Below are positions 26,409 through 34,583 of a DNA stretch of 59,822 bases, piece by piece; position 1 is the first letter of the stretch, and each line of letters starts with the position of its first letter. Location of the stretch: positions 1 to 59,822 of the forward strand of contig JAWODZ010000110.1 of assembly GCA_046483025.1 (NCBI GenBank). Direction: 5' to 3'. A program made the translations under genes and the position numbers. Below the pieces are notes generated by a model, which worked only from the letters and a program-made list of their open reading frames with translations, did not search any database and had not been told where the DNA came from. This DNA is from a bacterium (GTDB lineage: Bacteria > Zhuqueibacterota > QNDG01 > CAYUAG01).

Positions 26409-26975
26409 ATGGCATTATCAAATATTGCAATTATCGGATCATCGGCAGGAGGCCCCCGTATATTAAAAGAAATATTTACTGAACTTCCTGTTTTGAATGG
26501 ATCAATTATTGTTATCCAGCATATGCCGGAATTTGTAAATAAATCTTTTACAGAAGAATTGAATAGTTTAACTGAAATGCAGGTAGTCATTCCTGATTAC
26601 GGACAGGAACTTGCTTCTGGTACAGTATATATAGCACCGAGTGAATACCATTGTGAATTGATCAATAATTCAAAAATAAGATTATACAAAGGACAAAAAG
26701 TAAATTTTGTGTGTCCGTCTATTGATGTAACCATGAAATCAGTTGTTAAAAGACCATATATGAATATTATTGGCATTATTCTAACCGGCATGGGTAGTGA
26801 TGGGAAAGAAGGTATCAGACATATTAACAGTATTTATGGAACAACCATAGCCCAGGATAAATATTCAAGTATTATATTTGGTATGCCCAGAGAGGCCATT
26901 GAAACCGGATGTGTTGATTATGTTTTAAATCCTGAACAGATAAAAGAGAAGTTGATTGAGTTGATGTTATATTAA
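26409..26975 (+). CDS. stand-alone CheB-type protein-glutamate methylesterase catalytic domain
   Basis: 188 aa with Ser-His-Asp triad contexts IIGSSAGGPR, VIQHMPEFV and LTGMGSDGKEG. The start is 9 nt after the receiver gene. Confidence 0.85.
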   Translation: MALSNIAIIGSSAGGPRILKEIFTELPVLNGSIIVIQHMPEFVNKSFTEELNSLTEMQVVIPDYGQELASGTVYIAPSEYHCELINNSKIRLYKGQKVNFVCPSIDVTMKSVVKRPYMNIIGIILTGMGSDGKEGIRHINSIYGTTIAQDKYSSIIFGMPREAIETGCVDYVLNPEQIKEKLIELMLY

Positions 26976-27083
26976 TAGGTATTTTTTTGAAAAACTGTTA
27001 AGATGGAATCAGGAACTTATAAAGATTTCTCATATTAACCTTCTTACAGCGTACTGCATTTAAATAATAATTGGAGTTTAGTA

Positions 27084-27389
27084 ATGTTTAAAATAACGGA
27101 TTATATCCCAAAAAATAAACTAAACGAAATATGTCAAAAATATCATATAATAAAAATTTCGCTTTTTGGTTCTGCTTTACACGGCGATTTAAAACCAGAT
27201 AGTGATATTGATCTTTTGGTAGAATTTAAAAAGGGGATGACACCCGGACTTATTACCTTATGTGGTATAGAAAACGAATTGACAGCTATGATTGGTCGAA
27301 AGGTTGATTTACGTACGGTTGATGATTTAAGTCGATATTTCAAAGATGAAGTAGTCAACAATTCCGAGGTTCAATATGTCGCCGCATGA
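27084..27389 (+). CDS. mntA: MNT-type nucleotidyltransferase antitoxin (MntA, type VII TA)
   Basis: 101 aa with LFGSALHGDLKPDSDIDLLVEF (GSx10SDxDLLV). It overlaps the HEPN gene by 14 nt. Confidence 0.8.
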   Translation: MFKITDYIPKNKLNEICQKYHIIKISLFGSALHGDLKPDSDIDLLVEFKKGMTPGLITLCGIENELTAMIGRKVDLRTVDDLSRYFKDEVVNNSEVQYVAA

Positions 27390-27720
27390 TTTAAACAGGT
27401 TAAAACATATGCTAGACGCTGCATTGGAAGCACAAGAGTTTATGAAAGATGTTACCCAGGTCTCATTAGCCGAGGACAGAAAAACAATCCAAGCAGTGAT
27501 TCGTTCATTGGAGCTTATCGGAGAGGCAGCAGCAAAAATTTCAAATGAGTGCAAAGAATCTCAACCTGAAATTCCCTGGAAAGATATTATTGGTATGCGT
27601 AACTGGCTCATTCATGCCTATTTTGACATTGATTATGATCATATTTGGAATACAATCCATAAGGATTTACCGGTTTTAATCCCGAAATTGAAAAAACTAT
27701 TGAAAGAAGTTGGAAGTTAA
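27376..27720 (+). CDS. hepT: HEPN/DUF86 toxin (HepT)
   Basis: 114 aa. The R-x4-H HEPN motif is present in MRNWLIHAYFDIDYDHIW. Confidence 0.8.
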   Translation: MSPHDLNRLKHMLDAALEAQEFMKDVTQVSLAEDRKTIQAVIRSLELIGEAAAKISNECKESQPEIPWKDIIGMRNWLIHAYFDIDYDHIWNTIHKDLPVLIPKLKKLLKEVGS

Positions 27721-27740
27721 GTATAAAAACCCGCAAAAGT

Positions 27741-27826
27741 GGTAATCCAGGGATGAAGATTGCAATATGGATCCCCGACAGACTTGTGCCCGCATGTTTT
27801 AGGCGGGTAAGCATTCGGTTATGACA
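27741..27826. repeat. hairpin repeat unit, copy A (right-half type, long-loop variant)
   Basis: ggtaatccagg...ggatccccgacagacttgtgcccgcatgttttaggcgggtaagcattcggttatgaca. It is near-identical in layout to copy D. Confidence 0.75.
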
Positions 27827-27975
27827 GGAAAAAAAGAAATTTATTTCAGTCATTTTAATTATATCGCAACTCAGGTTCGGTATCGGGATCGCAATTGAGT
27901 TAAATCACGGATACACCCCATTGGATAAATTTGTTTCTAAATATAAATTTTGAGACAGTTTAAAACATCCTACAG

Positions 27976-28037
27976 GGTGAACACGAATTGCACACAGATC
28001 ATTTTTATTCCGTGAACATCTGTGTTAATCAGTGGCT
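27976..28037. repeat. CACAGAT-type hairpin repeat related to the 4981-5076 inverted repeat
   Basis: acacagat/atctgtgt form an 8-bp stem. ttattccgtgaacatctgtg resembles ttaatccgtgtatatctgtg at 5055-5074. Confidence 0.5.
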
Positions 28038-28085
28038 TATTATTAGAACATTTTAAGACACAAGTTGCTGTGTGAAGATGCATCA

Positions 28086-28122
28086 CCGGGTGTTTTAAGT
28101 GAACAGGAATTAAAACACCCGG
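28086..28122 (+). terminator. perfect 12-bp hairpin followed by a T-rich tract
   Basis: ccgggtgtttta-N13-taaaacacccgg is followed by ggttttgtgattttt. Confidence 0.45.
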
Positions 28123-28144
28123 GGTTTTGTGATTTTTCCGATTC

Positions 28145-28226
28145 TGTCATTCCCGAATGTTTGTATCGGGAATCCAGGTGTGTAGGTTGCAGGATGGATC
28201 CCCGACAAAAACATTCGGGGATGACA
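28145..28226. repeat. hairpin repeat unit, copy B (TGTCAT...ATGACA termini)
   Basis: tgtcattcccgaatgtttgtatcgggaatccagg...ggatccccgacaaaaacattcggggatgaca. It contains two internal 8-bp stems, attcccga/tcgggaat and atccccga/tcggggat. Confidence 0.85.
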
Positions 28227-28265
28227 AAGGTGGAAGGAAGGATTAGAAGTAATATACGAATAATT

Positions 28266-28550
28266 ATGATATTATACTGTGTATACATCCTTGCAAGTAA
28301 GAAAAACGGTACCTTGTATATTGGAATGTCTTCTGATTTAAAAACTCGTGTGTATCAACATAAAAATAATCTGGTTGAAGGGTTCACAAAGAAGTATGCA
28401 GTCCATAAACTGGTTTATTATGAATGTACTCAGGATGTCAATGAGGCGATAAAACGTGAGAGACAGTTGAAAAAATGGAATCGGGCCTGGAAGATCCGGC
28501 TGATTGAAAAGGAAAATCCAGACTGGAAAGATTTATATGATCAAATATAA
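28266..28550 (+). CDS. small GIY-YIG nuclease-family protein (COG2827/URI-domain type)
   Basis: 94 aa from ATG 28266: YCVYILASKKNGTLYIGMSSDLKTRVYQHKNNLVEGFTKKY...RERQLKKWNRAWK. The upstream 67 codons of the 161-aa ORF are a read-through of repeat copy B. Confidence 0.85.
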   Translation: MILYCVYILASKKNGTLYIGMSSDLKTRVYQHKNNLVEGFTKKYAVHKLVYYECTQDVNEAIKRERQLKKWNRAWKIRLIEKENPDWKDLYDQI

Positions 28551-28558
28551 ACTATTTC

Positions 28559-28640
28559 TGTCATTCCTAAATATATGTATCGAGAATCAAGTGTAGGAGA
28601 TTTCAAAGTAGATCCCCGACAGAGACACTCGGGGATGACA
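28559..28640. repeat. hairpin repeat unit, copy C (diverged)
   Basis: tgtcattcctaaatatatgtatcgagaatcaag...gatccccgacagagacactcggggatgaca. It starts 9 nt after the GIY-YIG stop. Confidence 0.8.
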
Positions 28641-28656
28641 GGAATCCCATTAACAA

Positions 28657-28764
28657 TGTCATTCCCGAATGTTTGTATCGGGAATCCAGGGGTGAGGTTG
28701 AGTGGTAGATCCCCGACAGACTTGTGTCCGCATGTTTTAGGCGGGTAGATATTCGAGGATGACA
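28657..28764. repeat. hairpin repeat unit, copy D (long-loop variant)
   Basis: tgtcattcccgaatgtttgtatcgggaatccagg...gatccccgacagacttgtgtccgcatgttttaggcgggtagatattcgaggatgaca. Confidence 0.85.
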
Positions 28765-28833
28765 TGCGTAAGTATAGGAAAAAAAGATGGTCCACTTCCA
28801 AAGTGGAGTCCACCTCAATCACCACAAAAACTA

Positions 28834-30525
28834 TCAATACCCCGCAGCCTGGCCGTCTTTACGGGATTCAGAAGCACCGTAGTATACTTTATTTTTCCAA
28901 TCATACCGGATCCCCTGATAACCACCAAAACTTCCCACATTAACTTGTATCCTATGACCCATTTTCACCAGTTCCCGCCTCACTTTATAATCAATTCCTG
29001 ATTCAAGAGATACAATACCCCCATTGTTCATTATACTCCCGGTGGGTTGGGAGGAACCTCGATGAAGTATACGGGGAGCATCTCCTGCTTCCTGCACATC
29101 CATTCCGAAGTCTATCATATTAATTACGATTTGGGCTTGTCCCTGAGGTTGAGTTGCCCCACCCATAACTCCAAAACTCATATATGGTTTTCCATCTTTG
29201 GTAATGAAAGCAGGGATAATAGTATGAAAAGGACGTTTATGCGGTTCATAAGTGTTAAAATGACCTTCTTCCAGATTAAATAATTCACCTCTATCCTGCA
29301 GCCCGAAACCCAAACCCGGAGGGCAAAGACCGCATCCCATGCCTCGATAATTACTCTGAATCAGAGAAACCATGTTTCCGTCTTTATCTGCTACAGTCAA
29401 ATATATAGTATCACCATGTTCCAGAATAGGATCACCGGCTTTATATTCCCTGGCAGCACGTTGAGGATCAATCATAGCTCGTCTTTTTGAGGCATATTCA
29501 TCTGATATTAATTCCTGAACAGGAATATCATTAAAATCAGGATCTGCATAAAATTTTGCTCTGTCTTCAAAAGCTAATTTTTTTGCCTCTACAAAATGGT
29601 GGATATAGTCTTTACTACCGAAACCCATTTGTTTGAGATCAAAACCGTCTAAGATCTGAAGAATCTGTAGAGTAGCAATACCTTGTCCATTAGGCGGCAG
29701 TTCCCATATCTCATACCCCCGGTAGTTTATGGAAACCGGTTCAACCCAGTTGGATTCATGATCAGCTAAATCCACATAGGATAGAAATCCACCCACTTTT
29801 GTCATAAAAGCGTCAATAGTGCGCGCAATTTCACCTTTGTAAAAGACATCTCGTCCCCCTTCAGCAATCTTTTTTAGAGTATTGGCCAGGGCAGGATTTT
29901 TGAATACTTCCCCTGGTTTGGGTGCAGGCATAAAGGTTTCTTCAAATCCTGGATAATCTTTCAGATATTTTGCGCTGATCTGCCAGTAATGAGATATCAA
30001 ATCACTAACAGGAAATCCTTGACGAGCATATTTTATAGTAGGGGAGAGTATTTTATTCATGGAGAGATTTCCAAAGCGATCATGAAGTTTAAACCAGCCG
30101 GCAACGCATCCAGGAACAGTTACTGGTAGTGGTCCGTGAGCTGGAATTCGTTTATACCCTTTTTTCTGGAAATACTCTAAGGTCAAAGAATATGGTGATC
30201 TTCCACTTGAATTCAAGCCATAGAGCTGTTGAGTTTCTGCATCCCAAACAATGGCAAATAAATCACCACCCATTCCATTTCCAGTCGGTTCTACTAATCC
30301 AAGCATTGCATTTGCAGCAATGGCAGCATCAATGGCGTTTCCCCCTTTTTTGAGAATATCCAAAGCTACCTGGGTTGATAGAGGTTGACTTGTTGCAGCC
30401 ATTCCATGTTGTGCAATCACTCGTGATCGGGTGGTAAAATTTTTTCCTGTAATTCTGTCAGAGCTGAATACAGAAGTTAAAATCAAAAGATTGACGAGGA
30501 ATACATTTAAAATTTTCATAATCAT
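28834..30525 (-). CDS. ggt: gamma-glutamyltransferase (periplasmic/exported)
   Basis: 563 aa with a signal peptide. The autoprocessing and nucleophile region is EHGDTIYLTVADKDGNMVSLIQSN, and GVMGGATQPQG is also present. Confidence 0.9.
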   Translation of the reverse strand: MIMKILNVFLVNLLILTSVFSSDRITGKNFTTRSRVIAQHGMAATSQPLSTQVALDILKKGGNAIDAAIAANAMLGLVEPTGNGMGGDLFAIVWDAETQQLYGLNSSGRSPYSLTLEYFQKKGYKRIPAHGPLPVTVPGCVAGWFKLHDRFGNLSMNKILSPTIKYARQGFPVSDLISHYWQISAKYLKDYPGFEETFMPAPKPGEVFKNPALANTLKKIAEGGRDVFYKGEIARTIDAFMTKVGGFLSYVDLADHESNWVEPVSINYRGYEIWELPPNGQGIATLQILQILDGFDLKQMGFGSKDYIHHFVEAKKLAFEDRAKFYADPDFNDIPVQELISDEYASKRRAMIDPQRAAREYKAGDPILEHGDTIYLTVADKDGNMVSLIQSNYRGMGCGLCPPGLGFGLQDRGELFNLEEGHFNTYEPHKRPFHTIIPAFITKDGKPYMSFGVMGGATQPQGQAQIVINMIDFGMDVQEAGDAPRILHRGSSQPTGSIMNNGGIVSLESGIDYKVRRELVKMGHRIQVNVGSFGGYQGIRYDWKNKVYYGASESRKDGQAAGY

Positions 30526-30851
30526 CTCCTTTAATCCTGAATTGTAGTGTCAAAAGTTTTAGATTTATTTTTATTCGTTTGCTTATTGTCTGTCATATAT
30601 TTTTTCCCCATTGCCATTGCTGTCGGTTTAGGAATTGATATCATTTTCCATAATTTTTTTCAATCCATGTGGTGAAAATTTTTTATATATCTAAGTATGT
30701 TTTTCCACTTTTTAAAAAGTCTACTGTTCATTAAAAATAACTATTTTTTAGCATAATGACAATTATTTCAGGTGGAAATTTTATTTTATATTGAATTTGT
30801 TTGGATATTTTTGTACATTAAAATATTAAATTATAATTGTGAAGGTATAAA

Positions 30852-32138
30852 ATGAATCAATTAGAAGCAGCAAAAAAAAATCATATCACTCCTGAAATGA
30901 AAACTGTAGCTGAGACCGAAAAGATCGATAAAAAGTTATTATGTGAGCTCATAGCCAAGGGAGAGATTGTTATATTAAAAAATAATAACCATACCAATGC
31001 TGAACCTGTGGCTGTCGGCAAACATTTAAGAACAAAAGTAAATGCAAATATCGGGACATCACAAGATTATGCAGATGTGCAACAAGAAATAGAAAAAGCA
31101 AAAGTATCTGTAAATGCAGGTGCAGATACAGTAATGGATCTTTCAACTGGAGGTAATTTAACTGCCATTCGGAAAGGCATAATGAATACAGTTCCGATTG
31201 TAATAGGAACTGTACCAATATATCAAGCTGTGATTGAAACCATTGATAAAAAGAGTGCTCTTATAAAAATGACTTCAGATGATATTTTTAATGCCTTGGA
31301 ACAGCAAGCTGAAGAAGGTGTTGATTTTTTTACCGTACATTGTGGTGTTACCCTATCAAGCATAGAAAGATTAAAAAATCAAGGAAGACTAACCAATATT
31401 GTCAGCAGGGGAGGATCATTTCTCACTACCTGGATGGTTGCTAATGAAAAAGAGAATCCCTTATATGAAAATTTTGATAGATTACTGGAAATAGCTCGTA
31501 AGTACGATGTCACCTTAAGTCTGGGGGATGGATTAAGACCAGGTTCTTTACATGATGCAACTGATCGAGCACAGATTACGGAATTGATTATTCTTGGTGA
31601 ATTAACCAAACAAGCTAAAGAAAACAATGTTCAGGTGATGATTGAAGGCCCGGGTCATATTCCATTACATCAGATTGCTACCAATATTAAAATACAAAAA
31701 CAATTATGCAATAATGCACCCTTTTATGTGTTAGGCCCCATAGTGACAGATGTAGCACCGGGATATGATCATATTACTTCAGCTATTGGAGGGAGCATAG
31801 CTGCTGCAAATGGTGCTGATTTTCTCTGTTATGTGACTCCGGGTGAGCATTTAAAACTTCCCAATAAAGAAGATGTACACCAGGGAGTGATTGCCTCCAG
31901 AATTGCTGCCCATGCAGCGGATATCAGTAAAGGATTACCCGGTGCTATCGAGTGGGATCACCAGATTTCCAAAGCCAGAAAAGAGCTTGATTGGAAAAAA
32001 CAGATTAATATATCAATTGATCCTGAAACTGCAAAAAAGTTACGCAGTGAAGGTAAACCCGATAAAGAGGATGTATGTTCAATGTGTGGTGAATTTTGTG
32101 CTATTAAGATGGTTAATAAAATATTATATAATAGTTAA
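30852..32138 (+). CDS. thiC: phosphomethylpyrimidine synthase (short-form ThiC); a BzaF-type paralogue cannot be excluded
   Basis: 428 aa with a ThiC-family core and the C-terminal CSMCGEFCAIK Fe-S motif (CX2CX4C). Confidence 0.82.
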   Translation: MNQLEAAKKNHITPEMKTVAETEKIDKKLLCELIAKGEIVILKNNNHTNAEPVAVGKHLRTKVNANIGTSQDYADVQQEIEKAKVSVNAGADTVMDLSTGGNLTAIRKGIMNTVPIVIGTVPIYQAVIETIDKKSALIKMTSDDIFNALEQQAEEGVDFFTVHCGVTLSSIERLKNQGRLTNIVSRGGSFLTTWMVANEKENPLYENFDRLLEIARKYDVTLSLGDGLRPGSLHDATDRAQITELIILGELTKQAKENNVQVMIEGPGHIPLHQIATNIKIQKQLCNNAPFYVLGPIVTDVAPGYDHITSAIGGSIAAANGADFLCYVTPGEHLKLPNKEDVHQGVIASRIAAHAADISKGLPGAIEWDHQISKARKELDWKKQINISIDPETAKKLRSEGKPDKEDVCSMCGEFCAIKMVNKILYNS

Positions 32139-32173
32139 TTATTTTGACTCAAAGGTATTTTTTGAGGTTCGTG

Positions 32174-32671
32174 ATGAAAGAAATTAAAATATATCCTGAT
32201 ACTGTATTACGTCAGAAAGCAGCACGAGTAGAAGAGATTACAAAAGAAATGTTAAACATTGCCCACGAAATGATTGATATAATGTATACATATGATGGAA
32301 TTGGTCTTGCAGCACCTCAAATAGGAATTTCCAAACAAATTATTGTTGTAGATTACGGAGAGGGGCCAATGATAATGTTTAATCCAAAAATTATTGAAAT
32401 GACCAGAGAACAGGATATAACTGAGGAAGGTTGTTTAAGTTTACCTGATATAACCGTGCCTGTCTTACGACCAGTGAGAATTCAGGTAAAATTTATCAAT
32501 GAGGAAAATAAAAATACTGAATTAAACGCAGATAATATAGCAGCAAAAGTATTTCAACATGAAGTTGATCACCTCAATGGTATTTTGATAATTGATCATA
32601 TCTCTTCACTTAAAAAATCTATAATCAGTACTAAATTAAAAAAACTGGAAAAAAAATATTCTACCCATTAA
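32174..32671 (+). CDS. def: peptide deformylase
   Basis: Motifs GIGLAAPQIG, EGCLSLP and QHEVDHLNG. ATG 32174 (MKEIKIYPD) is preferred over TTG 32144. Confidence 0.9.
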   Translation: MKEIKIYPDTVLRQKAARVEEITKEMLNIAHEMIDIMYTYDGIGLAAPQIGISKQIIVVDYGEGPMIMFNPKIIEMTREQDITEEGCLSLPDITVPVLRPVRIQVKFINEENKNTELNADNIAAKVFQHEVDHLNGILIIDHISSLKKSIISTKLKKLEKKYSTH

Positions 32672-32689
32672 TCAAGTGTAGGATTTCTT

Positions 32690-34474
32690 TTGAATAATAA
32701 ACTCAACAATGAAGTTAGTGTACAAGGGATACCTGTTTCTGAAGGAATTGCCATTGGTACAGTTGTTATCCTTGAATGTCCCTGGGATGAAATCATTGAA
32801 ATTTCAATAAAAAAAAACAATATTGAAAATGAGCTTAATCGTTATCAAGATGCATTAAAAAATGTTGTCAGACAACTTGTAGAATATGAAAAAAGAGTAA
32901 AAAAAGAAATTGGGAAAAAAGAAGCTCAAATATTTGAAGCTCAATTAACAATATTAAATGATTCTTTTTTTCAAAAAGAGATTCCCGATGCTATAGTAGA
33001 ATATAAAAAAAATGCAGAATTTCTTTTAAAAAAAGGTATTGAGAAATTACGATCCTCATTTGAAAAAATGAATAATGATTTTTTTCAACAGAGAATTGCA
33101 GATATTGAGGATGTAGCAGTACGAATAGTAAAGATTCTCCTGCAGTCAGAAGAACTAAAAATCCCACACAAAAGCAATACTGTTATTGTCTCTCATAATT
33201 TAAAACCGTCAGATACGATAAGAATTGATAAGACAAAAATTGTAGCCTTTATTACTGAATTAGGAGGCGAAACATCTCACGCCTCTATTTTAGCCCGTTC
33301 AATGGGGATTCCGGCTATTGTGGGCATTGAGAGATTAACTGAGCGTGTTGAAAATGGTGATAAGGTTATTGTAGACGGAAATAGTGGTTCTTTATATATC
33401 AATCCCCCTAAACAACTGCTCAAAGTCTTTCAGCAAAGAAAAAAGAATTTTGAACATTATCTACAGCAATTGGATAAAGATCGGGATCTGGATCCTGTTA
33501 CCAGGGATGGGGCTTGGATATCCTTAAAGGCGAACATTGCCATGGTTTCTGATATAAACTTAGCTTTGAAGTATCGGGCGGATGGAGTTGGACTTTTCAG
33601 AACTGAACTACCTTTTATCATTGCCGGAAGACTCCTTACTGAAGATGAACAGTTTGAAATTTATAAAGCTGCTGTAACTCGAATGAAGGATAAAATTATA
33701 ACTATTCGTACTTTAGATTTAGGAGGTGATAAATTTCTTCCTTTTCAATATGTTGAAGAAGAAAGAAATCCATTTCTGGGATGGCGGTCTATCAGAATAT
33801 TTCTTCAGGAAGAAGATGTTTTTAAAGATCAACTGCGGGCAATACTTCGTGCCAGCGCTTTTGGGAATGTCAGAATTTTATTTCCCATGATTTCAAGTTA
33901 TGAAGAGGTTATTAAAATAAATGAGATTGTACAAAAAACTAAAACAGAGTTAGATTCAAAAAATATCCCTTTTGATAAAAATATTAAATCAGGCATTATG
34001 GTTGAAATTCCTTCAATTGCAATTGTTATTGATCAAATTATTAAATACATAGATTATGTAAGTATTGGAACAAATGATTTGATTCAATATACACTTGCAG
34101 TTGACAGAAATAACGAAAAAGTAGCAAAGTTCTATAATCCTAATAATCCTGCAGTTTTACGGTTAGTCAAGAATATTATCAAGGTGGCAAATAATTACGG
34201 GAAACCTGTTTCTGTCTGTGGAGAACTTGCTGCAAATCCTTTATATACTGGTCTTTTATTAGGGTTTGGATTAAGAAATTTTAGTATGATTCCTTTACTG
34301 ATTCCGGAACTGAAAGAAAGGATCAGAGTATTAAAAATTCCTGAATGTGAAGAATTAGCAAAAGATATCTTAGATAATGTATCAGCAAGTAAAATAATTC
34401 AAATTCTTTGGGATTTCCATATTCAAGCTAATAAAAAGCAATCTGTACCTTCTGTTATCAAACAAATATCCTGA
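32690..34474 (+). CDS. ptsI: phosphoenolpyruvate-protein phosphotransferase (PTS Enzyme I)
   Basis: 594 aa with a TTG start. Active-site His context GGETSHASILARSMGIPAIVG, and the PEP-utilising C-terminus SIGTNDLIQY. Confidence 0.88.
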   Translation: MNNKLNNEVSVQGIPVSEGIAIGTVVILECPWDEIIEISIKKNNIENELNRYQDALKNVVRQLVEYEKRVKKEIGKKEAQIFEAQLTILNDSFFQKEIPDAIVEYKKNAEFLLKKGIEKLRSSFEKMNNDFFQQRIADIEDVAVRIVKILLQSEELKIPHKSNTVIVSHNLKPSDTIRIDKTKIVAFITELGGETSHASILARSMGIPAIVGIERLTERVENGDKVIVDGNSGSLYINPPKQLLKVFQQRKKNFEHYLQQLDKDRDLDPVTRDGAWISLKANIAMVSDINLALKYRADGVGLFRTELPFIIAGRLLTEDEQFEIYKAAVTRMKDKIITIRTLDLGGDKFLPFQYVEEERNPFLGWRSIRIFLQEEDVFKDQLRAILRASAFGNVRILFPMISSYEEVIKINEIVQKTKTELDSKNIPFDKNIKSGIMVEIPSIAIVIDQIIKYIDYVSIGTNDLIQYTLAVDRNNEKVAKFYNPNNPAVLRLVKNIIKVANNYGKPVSVCGELAANPLYTGLLLGFGLRNFSMIPLLIPELKERIRVLKIPECEELAKDILDNVSASKIIQILWDFHIQANKKQSVPSVIKQIS

Positions 34475-34526
34475 GGAAAAAATCGAATTTTTTAAAATTT
34501 AATCTTAAAATAAAAGTTTAAAAAAC

Positions 34527-34555
34527 TTGACAAATCAGAATAATATTTTGATATT
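34527..34555 (+). promoter_or_regulatory. sigma-70-like promoter candidate
   Basis: TTGACA-N17-GATATT lies about 30 nt upstream of gcvPB. The AT-rich background makes this a weak call. Confidence 0.3.
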
Positions 34556-34583
34556 ATAGAGATAAAAATAAATAATAATTAAA

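Noticed and set aside
28065-28265. The first 67 codons of the 161-aa ORF as a genuine N-terminal domain of the GIY-YIG protein
   Set aside because: This stretch is a translation of repeat copy B (VIPECLYRESR...DPRQKHSGMT). The same peptide-like strings appear in other frames and strands over the other repeat copies. The conserved GIY-YIG core begins at ATG 28266.
27608-28837. ORF-track entries 27608-27853(-), 28043-28288(-), 28541-28837(-), 28603-28818(-) and 28759-29001(+) as small proteins
   Set aside because: All lie across the hairpin repeats or antisense to hepT/ggt. Their only content is repeat-derived sequence, and there are no ribosome-binding sites or family resemblance.
34475-34583. 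Glycine riboswitch upstream of gcvPB
   Set aside because: The leader is only about 110 nt and extremely AT-rich, with none of the conserved GGAGAG...CACCG-type cores. It is too short for even a single aptamer plus an expression platform.
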